Shown: positions 38,466 through 47,520 of the stretch, one piece after another
Layout of the letters: every line of letters begins with the position of its first letter
Position numbering within the stretch: the stretch's first letter is position 1
NCBI GenBank assembly: GCA_043228905.1
Contig: JBHGNT010000100.1
Coordinates: 26,645-90,644 of the forward strand
Reading direction: 5' to 3'
Source: Azolla caroliniana
Taxonomy: Eukaryota > Plantae > Polypodiophyta
Length of the DNA stretch: 64,000 nt
Notes under the pieces: generated by a model
Told to the model about the DNA's origin: nothing
Databases searched by the model: none
What the model saw: the letters and a program-made list of their open reading frames with translations, nothing else
Program-made: the position numbers and the translations under genes

Positions 38466-41400
38466 GTCCAGCCAAAATAGGAGCCGTTTGGTTGGACAGC
38501 CCTAGATCTGTGCAGCCCATTAGTGGTTCCATTCCCTCTAAGCAAGTTAGTGATGTGTTCGTAGCCCAAGTAGCAGTTAGTACTAAAAGTACCCCTCCAG
38601 TACATACCTTAGCCCTTCTAGATTCCGGAGCTAATTCTTGCTTCATGGATAGGAATTTTGCCCGAGCTCATCAGATATCTCTCAGAAAGCTCCCATGTCC
38701 AGCCTCAGTAGTAGTCATTGATGGTCGTCCCATTGCTTCTGGTAATATCATAGAAGAGTCGGAACCCGTTAATATTGTCCTAGATAACTTAACATGTGTA
38801 GTATCATTTAATATTATTAGTATTCCAGAACATCCCATAGTTTTAGGATTACCATGGTTCGAGTTACATGACCCAGACATAGATTGGAGGACAAGGGAAA
38901 TCCGGTTGCGACAAACCCAAGGATCTACCCAGAAGGTTGCAACCATTTCGCTACGTCAGTTGCGTGAGGAAGGGCGCAAGGAGGAAATGTTTCTCTTTGC
39001 AATATCAGTACAACCCTCCAGCACCACCAAAGAGGAGTCCACCGTTCAACTTCCCGAGAAGTATCGTCAGTATGCTGATGTGTTCGATAAAGTACAAGCC
39101 AACACACTTCCTCATCATCGGCCGTACGACTGCGCCATCGACTTACAACCGGGAAAAGAGCCGCCATGGGGGCCAATCTACAATTTGTCACCAACCGAGC
39201 TAGAAGTCCTTCGAGCCTATATAGAGGAGAATTTGGAGAACGGTTTCATTCGGCATTCGAAATCTCCAGCCGGCGCACCCATTTTCTTCGTCAAGAAAAA
39301 AGATGGCTCGCTTCGACTCGTTGTAGATTACCGTGGCTTGAATAAGGTCACAGTAAGAAATAGGTATGCTCTTCCCCTTATCTCAAGTCTTTTAGAACGG
39401 ATCAACGGTGCCAGGTTCTTCACGAAGATCGACTTACGAGGAGCCTATAACCTCGTACGGATCCGACCAGGAGATGAATGGAAGACCGCGTTTCGCACCA
39501 GATATGGGCACTTCGAGTATACGGTCATGCCGTTCGGACTCACTAATGCGCCGGCAGTCTTCCAGCACATGGCGAATGATATATTTCGAGATCTCTTGGA
39601 TGATTTTTTGATCATCTATTTGGATGATCTACTGGTTTATTCAAAGACCCAAGAAGAACATGATTCTCATGTACTATTAGTACTAAAACGACTTCGAGAA
39701 CATGGTCTGTATGCAAAGTTAGAGAAATGTAGTTTCGGGTGCAACCAAGTGGAGTTTCTCGGCTATGTCATCTCCTCAGAAGGCATATCTATGGACCCAG
39801 CCAAGGTCAAAACGGTGATAGAATGGCACACTCCGCGTTCGGTGCGGGATGTGCAATGCTTCCTAGGCTTTGCAAATTTCTACCGGAAGTTCATACAAAA
39901 TTACTCAAAAATTGTGTTGCCTCTCACACAGCTCACCAGGAAGGGACAATCATTCATTTGGTCTAAAGAGACGGACATGGCTTTCGAGAGTCTTAAGAAG
40001 GCGTTTACATCAGCTCCAATTTTAGGTCATGTGGATCCGGAAAAACCATTCATTATCGAAGCTGATGCATCGGATTTCGCATTGGGGAGCATTCTGTCAC
40101 AACAGGGTAACGACGAGAAGCTACATCCTGTGGCTTTCCACTCCCGTAAGTTTGACGCCGCCGAAATCAACTACGAAATTCATGATAAAGAGCTATTAGC
40201 AATAGTTGATTCTTTTATGCAATGGAGGCATTTCCTGGAGGGATCTCCTCATCAGGTCACTGTATTCAGTGACCACAAGAACCTTGCCTACTTTCAAGAT
40301 GCTCGTGTACTGAATCGACGTCAAGCTCGGTGGGCCCACTTCCTCACACGCTTCGACTTCAAAATTACATATCGTCCGGGGAAGCACCAAGGGAAGGCAG
40401 ATGCATTATCACGGCATTCGTATCTAACACCACGTCCCGGTGAGCCAGCTTTCGATAACCAGAAGCAAGTAATCTTGGGTCCAGCACGACTGCAAGCAGC
40501 ACAGGTCTTTGACATGCCCGTGGATTCCGACATTACCAATACTATACGTGAGGACTTGAAGACTGACGCTGTCGCCCAAGCTGTACTAGCACAAATTGAC
40601 CCCTCTCGAGCGTCATGTTCACAATCACAATCACCAGGTACGGATTATCGGCAATTCAAATACTGTGATGGATTACTCTTCTTTAAAGAACTTTTGTATG
40701 TTCCTAATGGTTCTTGCCGCCTTCGAGTAGTACAAAACTGCCATGACACATATACAGCAGGACATTTTGGTAGTACTAAAACATTAGATTTAGTACAACG
40801 ATCATTCTGGTGGCCCCGTATGCGACAATTTGTCGAAGATTTTGTTCGGACTTGCGATACATGCTGCAGAGCGAAAATGCCAAGACATCATCCATATGGT
40901 TTATTAGAACCATTACCAATTCCAAGCAAGCCATGGCAATCCATTGCTCTTGACTTCATTACAGATCTTCCAGTCTCTAAGGGATTCAGTGCGATTCTCA
41001 CAGTGGTGGATCGATATACGAAGATGGCTCATTTCTTACCATGTACTAAAGAAATATCTAGTGAAGACACCGCCGAAATTGTCATGCGGGAAGTATGTCG
41101 GCATCATGGACTCCCTGATAATATCATCAGCGATCGTGGACCCCAGTTTGTGTCAAAATTCTGGAAGCACCTTTTTAAAATGCTGAAGGTCACTTGTAAC
41201 CTCTCCTCCGGCTACCACCCACAAACCGACGGTCAAGCCGAACGAACAAATCAAACACTGGAGCAGTATCTGCGGTGCTTTCTCAACTATCATCAGAATG
41301 ACTGGGCAGATATTCTTCAGTTCGCCGAATTTGCCTATAATAACGCTATCCACGCATCGACTAAAGTCACGCCATTCTACGCTTATACGGGATATCATCC

Positions 41401-42049
41401 CCGGTGGTGTGTCCTTGAAACCCCAGAAGTGTCCACAAATCCTTGCGCGGAGGATCGTTTGGAGCGGTTACGCAAGATACAAGCGGATTTATCTACTCAA
41501 CTCCAGCAAGCTCAACAATCACACAAGGACTACGCAGATCGTCATCGACTTCCATCCAGTTTTAACATTGGAGATCGGGTGTGGCTGCTACGACGACACA
41601 TCAAGACTACTCGCCCATGTGAGAAGTTGGATTATCGGCGATTAGGTCCTTTCCGTATTATCGGGAAGATTAATGATGTCGCTTTTCGTCTCGAGCTACC
41701 TCCGCAACTTCGGATACACCCGGTGTTTCATAGTTCTCTCCTCGAACCCTATCACGAGAGCACTATCCCAGGACGTACTATACAACCTCCACCTCCTATC
41801 GAGCTCGAAGATGGACCTGAGTATGAGGTCGCTGCCATCCTCGATTCCAAGATTGTTCGCAACAAGCTCTACTATCTAGTCGATTGGCTAGGATATAGTC
41901 CCAACGAGCGTACTTGGGAACCGATCGAGAATGTGACCAATGCTCGTGCTCTTCTAGAAGACTTCCATCGACGATATCCCGAGAAACCGGGTCCTCAATC
42001 CAAAACGACGAGTGAAACTCGTCGTTTTAAAGGGGGGATAGTGTCATAA
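38438..42049 (+). CDS. pol: Pol polyprotein (aspartic protease, RT, RNase H, integrase with GPY/F, chromodomain), expressed as Gag-Pol by -1 frameshift
   Basis: The frame is open from 38438 (after TAG at 38435); the track start at 38492 is a TTG, not an ATG. Motifs: LLDSGA (~38621), YLDD (~39617), ADASDF/ELLAI/DHKNL, HDTYTAGH...CDTC, LDFI/SDRGPQF/GQAER, GPFRI and YEV...WLGY...TWEP. The TAA stop lies inside the 3' LTR. Confidence 0.96.
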   Translation, partial: PIRRRVKRLSPAKIGAVWLDSPRSVQPISGSIPSKQVSDVFVAQVAVSTKSTPPVHTLALLDSGANSCFMDRNFARAHQISLRKLPCPASVVVIDGRPIASGNIIEESEPVNIVLDNLTCVVSFNIISIPEHPIVLGLPWFELHDPDIDWRTREIRLRQTQGSTQKVATISLRQLREEGRKEEMFLFAISVQPSSTTKEESTVQLPEKYRQYADVFDKVQANTLPHHRPYDCAIDLQPGKEPPWGPIYNLSPTELEVLRAYIEENLENGFIRHSKSPAGAPIFFVKKKDGSLRLVVDYRGLNKVTVRNRYALPLISSLLERINGARFFTKIDLRGAYNLVRIRPGDEWKTAFRTRYGHFEYTVMPFGLTNAPAVFQHMANDIFRDLLDDFLIIYLDDLLVYSKTQEEHDSHVLLVLKRLREHGLYAKLEKCSFGCNQVEFLGYVISSEGISMDPAKVKTVIEWHTPRSVRDVQCFLGFANFYRKFIQNYSKIVLPLTQLTRKGQSFIWSKETDMAFESLKKAFTSAPILGHVDPEKPFIIEADASDFALGSILSQQGNDEKLHPVAFHSRKFDAAEINYEIHDKELLAIVDSFMQWRHFLEGSPHQVTVFSDHKNLAYFQDARVLNRRQARWAHFLTRFDFKITYRPGKHQGKADALSRHSYLTPRPGEPAFDNQKQVILGPARLQAAQVFDMPVDSDITNTIREDLKTDAVAQAVLAQIDPSRASCSQSQSPGTDYRQFKYCDGLLFFKELLYVPNGSCRLRVVQNCHDTYTAGHFGSTKTLDLVQRSFWWPRMRQFVEDFVRTCDTCCRAKMPRHHPYGLLEPLPIPSKPWQSIALDFITDLPVSKGFSAILTVVDRYTKMAHFLPCTKEISSEDTAEIVMREVCRHHGLPDNIISDRGPQFVSKFWKHLFKMLKVTCNLSSGYHPQTDGQAERTNQTLEQYLRCFLNYHQNDWADILQFAEFAYNNAIHASTKVTPFYAYTGYHPRWCVLETPEVSTNPCAEDRLERLRKIQADLSTQLQQAQQSHKDYADRHRLPSSFNIGDRVWLLRRHIKTTRPCEKLDYRRLGPFRIIGKINDVAFRLELPPQLRIHPVFHSSLLEPYHESTIPGRTIQPPPPIELEDGPEYEVAAILDSKIVRNKLYYLVDWLGYSPNERTWEPIENVTNARALLEDFHRRYPEKPGPQSKTTSETRRFKGGIVS
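38453..38504 (+). other. -1 programmed ribosomal frameshift signal
   Basis: Slippery heptamer G_TTA_AAC in the gag frame (38453-38459), a 6-nt spacer, then an 11-bp stem GTCCAGCCAAA/TTTGGTTGGAC (38466-38476 with 38487-38497, one G-U pair). Loop TAGG can pair with CCTA at 38501-38504. Confidence 0.8.
41822..41980 (+). other. Integrase C-terminal chromodomain (group I type)
   Basis: YEVAAILDSKIVRNKLYYLVDWLGYSPNERTWEPIENVTNARALLEDFHRRYP retains the three aromatic cage residues (Y, W, Y). Confidence 0.92.
42002..42028. other. Perfect 12-bp inverted repeat abutting the PPT
   Basis: AAAACGACGAGT-GAA-ACTCGTCGTTTT. Confidence 0.9.
42029..42041 (+). other. Polypurine tract
   Basis: AAAGGGGGGATAG directly precedes the TGTCA of the 3' LTR. 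Confidence 0.92.
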
Positions 42050-42112
42050 CTGGACTCGAACCCATAACCTTTTGTTACACGGGTCGAGACTTTACCATTA
42101 GGTTATGAATTG
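42042..42112 (-). promoter_or_regulatory. tRNA-like Pol III type-2 promoter cassette in the 3' LTR (antisense)
   Basis: A-box-like TAACCTAATGG (42105-42095) and a perfect B box GGTTCGAGTCC (42062-42052). D-stem pairs 3 of 4 and T-stem pairs 4 of 5. Confidence 0.65.
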
Positions 42113-42331
42113 TAATTTGAAGGATATTATTTTCATTTAGGTTTTATTGGGAAATTGATGTATATTCCAGATTTCTCTGGAACATTCTAGAAACTTCAGG
42201 AGTATTCCTGAAGACACTATAAAAGGAGGCGCAAGGCATCAGTTCGAACCAAATCGGTTCAACGCCAGTCTTAAGCCTTCTAACTACTGTTGTATATCTT
42301 CCGTCATATAATACATATATCTTTCGCATCA

Positions 42332-42377
<46 letters not shown>

Positions 42378-42506
42378 ATTCCTTCTCTCAAAGTTCAACA
42401 CCTCTCATAGTACTAATCCTTCTCTGTCTTAGTACTATTCCCCAACAATAGTACTAATCCTTCTTTTAGTACTAATTCCTTCTCTGCCTTAATAGAGTTC
42501 CTGACA
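42042..42506 (+). repeat. 3' LTR (465 bp)
   Basis: TGTCA...TGACA direct repeat of the 5' LTR, with HSE array at 42165-42212 and TATAAAA at 42218-42224. Confidence 0.97.
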
Positions 42507-42511
42507 ACTCC
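42507..42511 (+). other. Right target-site duplication (ACTCC)
   Basis: Matches 36738-36742. Confidence 0.96.
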
Positions 42512-42939
42512 TCAAATTTGGTATTTTCGTCATGTCTCTCGACCTGAGTTTCAAAATCTTGATTTTCTAATTCTATATCACAGCTAGTGTTGTTAGCTTC
42601 GATTCGCTTGTTTAAACACAAAAATCCGATATCACACGAGCCAGGTATGAACATTTTAATTTACTCAAGGGCTTCTCTCAACTCACTCCTCAAATTTGGT
42701 AATCTCATCATGTCTTTCGACCTGAGTTTCAAAATCTTGATTTTTTAACTCCATATCATAGCTAGCATTGTTAGCTTCGATTCGCATGTTTGAAAACAAA
42801 AATCCGATATCACACGAGCCAGGTATGAACATTTTAATTTAACTCATAGCTCTTCTCAACTCACTCCTCAAAATTGCTAATTTCGTCCTGTCTCTCGACC
42901 TGAGTTTGAAAATCTTGATTTTTTAATTCCATATCATAT

Positions 42940-45900
42940 CTAGCGTTGTTAGCTTCGATTCGCATGTTTGAACACAAAAATCCGATATCACACGAGCCAG
43001 GTATGAACATTTTAATTTACTCAAGGGCTTCTCTCAACTCACTCCTCAAATTTGGTAATCTCATCATGTCTCTCGACCTGAGTTTGAAAATCTTGATTTT
43101 TTAATTCCATATCATAGCTAGCGTTGTTAGCTTCGATTTGCATATTTGAACACAAAAATCCGATATCACACGAGCCAGGTATGAACATTTTAATTTAACT
43201 CATAGCTCTTCTTAACTCACTCCTCAAATTTGGTAATTTCGTCATGTCTCTCGACCTGAGTTTCAAAATCTTGATTTTTTAATTCCATATCATAGCTAGC
43301 GTAGTTAGCTTCGATTCGCATGTTGGAACACAAAAATCCGATATCACACGAGCCAGGTATGAACATTTTAATTTACTCAAGGGTTCCTCTCAACTCACTC
43401 CTCAAATTTGGTAATTTCGTCATGTCTCTCGACCTGAGTTTCAAAATCTTGACTTTTTAATTCCATATCATAGCTAGCGTTGTTAGCTTCGATTCGCATG
43501 TTTGAACATAGAAATCCGATATCACACGAGCCAGGTATGAACATTTTAATTTACCTCCTAGCTCTTCTCAACTCACTCCTCAAAATTGCTAATTTCGTCC
43601 TGTCTCTCGACCTGAGTTTGAAAATTTTGATTTTTTAATTCCATATCATATCTAGCGTTGTTAGCTTCGATTCGCATGTTTGAACACAAAAATCCGATAT
43701 CACAAAGCCAGGTATGAACATTTTAATTTACTCAAGGGTTCCTCTCAACTCACTCCTCAAATTTGGTAATTTCGTCATGTCTCTCGACCTGAGTTTCAAA
43801 ATCTTGATTTTTTAATTCCATATCATAGCTAGCGTAGTTAGCTTCGATTCGCATGTTGGAACACAAAAATCCGATATCACACGAGCCAGGTATGAACATT
43901 TTAATTTACTCAAGGGTTCCTCTCAACTCACTCCTCAAATTTGGTAATTTCGTCATGTCTCTCGACCTGAGTTTCAAAATCTTGATTTTTTAATTCCATA
44001 TCATAGCTAGCGTTGTTAGCTTCGATTCGCATGTTTGAACATAGAAATCCGATATCACACGAGCCAGGTATGAACATTTTAATTTACCTCCTAGCTCTTC
44101 TCAACTCACTCCTCAAAATTGCTAATTTCGTCCTGTCTCTCGACCTGCGTTGTTAGCTTCGATTCGCATATTTGAACACAAAAATCCGATATCACACGAG
44201 CCAGGTATGAACATTTTAATTTAACTCATAGCTCTTCTTAACTCACTCCTCAAATTTGGTAATTTCGTCATGTCTCTCGACCTGAGTTTCAAAATCTTGA
44301 TTTTTTAATTCCATATCATAGCTAGCGTAGTTAGCTTCGATTCGCATGTTGGAACACAAAAATCCGATATCACACGAGCCAGGTATGAACATTTTAATTT
44401 ACTCAAGGGTTCCTCTCAACTCACTCCTCAAATTTGGTAATTTCGTCATGTCTCTCGACCTGAGTTTCAAAATCTTGATTTTTTAATTCCATATCATAGC
44501 TAGCGTTGTTAGCTTCGATTCGCATGTTTGAACATAGAAATCCGATATCACACGAGCCAGGTATGAACATTTTAATTTACCTCCTAGCTCTTCTCAACTC
44601 ACTCCTCAAAATTGCTAATTTCGTCCTGTCTCTCGACCTGAGTTTCAAAATCTTGATTTTCTAATTCCATATCATAGCTAGTGTTGTTAGCTTCGATTCG
44701 CTTGTTTGAACACAAAAATCCGATATCACACGAGCCAGGTATGAACATTTTAATTAAACTCATAGCTCTTCTTAACTCACTCCTCAAATTTGGTAATTTC
44801 GTCATGTCTCTCGACCTGAGTTGCAAAATCTTGATTTTTTAATTCCATATCATAGCTAGCGTTGTTAGCTTCGATTCGCATGTTTGAACACAAAATTCGG
44901 ATATCACACGAGCCAGGTATGAACATTTTAATTTACTCAAGGGCTTCTCTCAACTCACTCCTCAAATTTGGTAATCTCATCATGTCTCTCGACCTGAGTT
45001 TGAAAATCTTGATTTTTTAATTCCATATCATAGCTAGCGTTGTTAGCTTCGATTCGCATGTTTGAACACAAAAATCCGATATCACACGAGCCAGGTATGA
45101 ACATTTTAATTTAACTCATAGCTCTTCTTAACTCACTCCTCAAATTTGGTAATTTCGTCATGTCTCTCGACCTGAGTTTGAAAATCTTGATTTTTTAATT
45201 CCATATCATAGCTAGCGTTGTTAGCTTCGATTCGCATGTTTGAACACAAAAATCCGATATCACACGAGCCAGGTATGAACATTTTAATTTACTCAAGGGC
45301 TTCTCTCAACTCACTCCTCAAATTTGGTAATCTCATCATGTCTCTCGACCTGAGTTTGAAAATCTTGATTTTTTAATTCCATATCATAGCTAGCGTTGTT
45401 AGCTTCGATTTGCATATTTGAACACAAAAATCCGATATCACACGAGCCAGGTATGAACATTTTAATTTAACTCATAGCTCTTCTTAACTCACTCCTCAAA
45501 TTTGGTAATTTCGTCATGTCTCTCGACCTGAGTTTCAAAATCTTGATTTTTTAATTCCATATCATAGCTAGCGTAGTTAGCTTCGATTCGCATGTTGGAA
45601 CACAAAAATCCGATATCACACGAGCCAGGTATGAACATTTTAATTTACTCAAGGGTTCCTCTCAACTCACTCCTCAAATTTGGTAATTTCGTCATGTCTC
45701 TCGACCTGAGTTTCAAAATCTTGACTTTTTAATTCCATATCATAGCTAGCGTTGTTAGCTTCGATTCGCATGTTTGAACATAGAAATCCGATATCACACG
45801 AGCCAGGTATGAACATTTTAATTTACCTCCTAGCTCTTCTCAACTCACTCCTCAAAATTGCTAATTTCGTCCTGTCTCTCGACCTGAGTTTGAAAATTTT

Positions 45901-47520
45901 GATTTTTTAATTCCATATCATATCTAGCGTTGTTAGCTTCGATTCGCATGTTTGAACACAAAAATCCGATATCACAAAGCCAGGTATGAACATTTTAATT
46001 TACTCAAGGGTTCCTCTCAACTCACTCCTCAAATTTGGTAATTTCGTCATGTCTCTCGACCTGAGTTTCAAAATCTTGATTTTTTAATTCCATATCATAG
46101 CTAGCGTAGTTAGCTTCGATTCGCATGTTGGAACACAAAAATCCGATATCACACGAGCCAGGTATGAACATTTTAATTTACTCAAGGGTTCCTCTCAACT
46201 CACTCCTCAAATTTGGTAATTTCGTCATGTCTCTCGACCTGAGTTTCAAAATCTTGATTTTTTAATTCCATATCATAGCTAGCGTTGTTAGCTTCGATTC
46301 GCATGTTTGAACATAGAAATCCGATATCACACGAGCCAGGTATGAACATTTTAATTTACCTCCTAGCTCTTCTCAACTCACTCCTCAAAATTGCTAATTT
46401 CGTCCTGTCTCTCGACCTGCGTTGTTAGCTTCGATTCGCATATTTGAACACAAAAATCCGATATCACACGAGCCAGGTATGAACATTTTAATTTAACTCA
46501 TAGCTCTTCTTAACTCACTCCTCAAATTTGGTAATTTCGTCATGTCTCTCGACCTGAGTTTCAAAATCTTGATTTTTTAATTCCATATCATAGCTAGCGT
46601 AGTTAGCTTCGATTCGCATGTTGGAACACAAAAATCCGATATCACACGAGCCAGGTATGAACATTTTAATTTACTCAAGGGTTCCTCTCAACTCACTCCT
46701 CAAATTTGGTAATTTCGTCATGTCTCTCGACCTGAGTTTCAAAATCTTGATTTTTTAATTCCATATCATAGCTAGCGTTGTTAGCTTCGATTCGCATGTT
46801 TGAACATAGAAATCCGATATCACACGAGCCAGGTATGAACATTTTAATTTACCTCCTAGCTCTTCTCAACTCACTCCTCAAAATTGCTAATTTCGTCCTG
46901 TCTCTCGACCTGAGTTTCAAAATCTTGATTTTCTAATTCCATATCATAGCTAGTGTTGTTAGCTTCGATTCGCTTGTTTGAACACAAAAATCCGATATCA
47001 CACGAGCCAGGTATGAACATTTTAATTAAACTCATAGCTCTTCTTAACTCACTCCTCAAATTTGGTAATTTCGTCATGTCTCTCGACCTGAGTTGCAAAA
47101 TCTTGATTTTTTAATTCCATATCATAGCTAGCGTTGTTAGCTTCGATTCGCATGTTTGAACACAAAATTCGGATATCACACGAGCCAGGTATGAACATTT
47201 TAATTTACTCAAGGGCTTCTCTCAACTCACTCCTCAAATTTGGTAATCTCATCATGTCTCTCGACCTGAGTTTGAAAATCTTGATTTTTTAATTCCATAT
47301 CATAGCTAGCGTTGTTAGCTTCGATTCGCATGTTTGAACACAAAAATCCGATATCACACGAGCCAGGTATGAACATTTTAATTTAACTCATAGCTCTTCT
47401 TAACTCACTCCTCAAATTTGGTAATTTCGTCATGTCTCTCGACCTGAGTTTGAAAATCTTGATTTTTTAATTCCATATCATAGCTAGCGTTGTTAGCTTC
47501 GATTCGCATGTTTGAACACA
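42940..47520 (+). repeat. Tandem duplication, period 2272 bp (13 monomers minus 42 bp)
   Basis: ORFs 44599/46871 are offset by 2272. A 41-bp deletion occurs at 44147 and 46419, and a 1-bp deletion (CACAAAGCC) is in both copies. Ends approximate. Confidence 0.88.

Larger units (their letters stand above)
36743..42506 (+). mobile_element. Full-length Ty3/Gypsy chromovirus LTR retrotransposon (Tcn1/Tf1-like), 5764 bp
   Basis: Two 465-bp LTRs bounded by TGTCA...TGACA, a 5-bp TSD, PBS, PPT, gag and pol in the order PR-RT-RH-IN-chromodomain. The clade call is inferred from the compact size, the aromatic-cage chromodomain and the self-priming PBS. Confidence 0.97.

Noticed and set aside
38492-38494. 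Independent start codon for pol
   Set aside because: The codon is TTG. The frame is open from 38438 and overlaps gag at a slippery site, so frameshifting is the better explanation.
42002-42028. Hammerhead ribozyme or bacterial intrinsic terminator
   Set aside because: GAAAC is present, but I found no CTGANGA core or three-way junction nearby. A bacterial terminator is irrelevant in a eukaryotic retroelement.
42042-42112. Functional tRNA gene (GTG at the anticodon position)
   Set aside because: The acceptor and anticodon stems do not pair and U33/purine-37 are absent. It is kept only as a tRNA-like promoter cassette, and no parent tRNA can be assigned.
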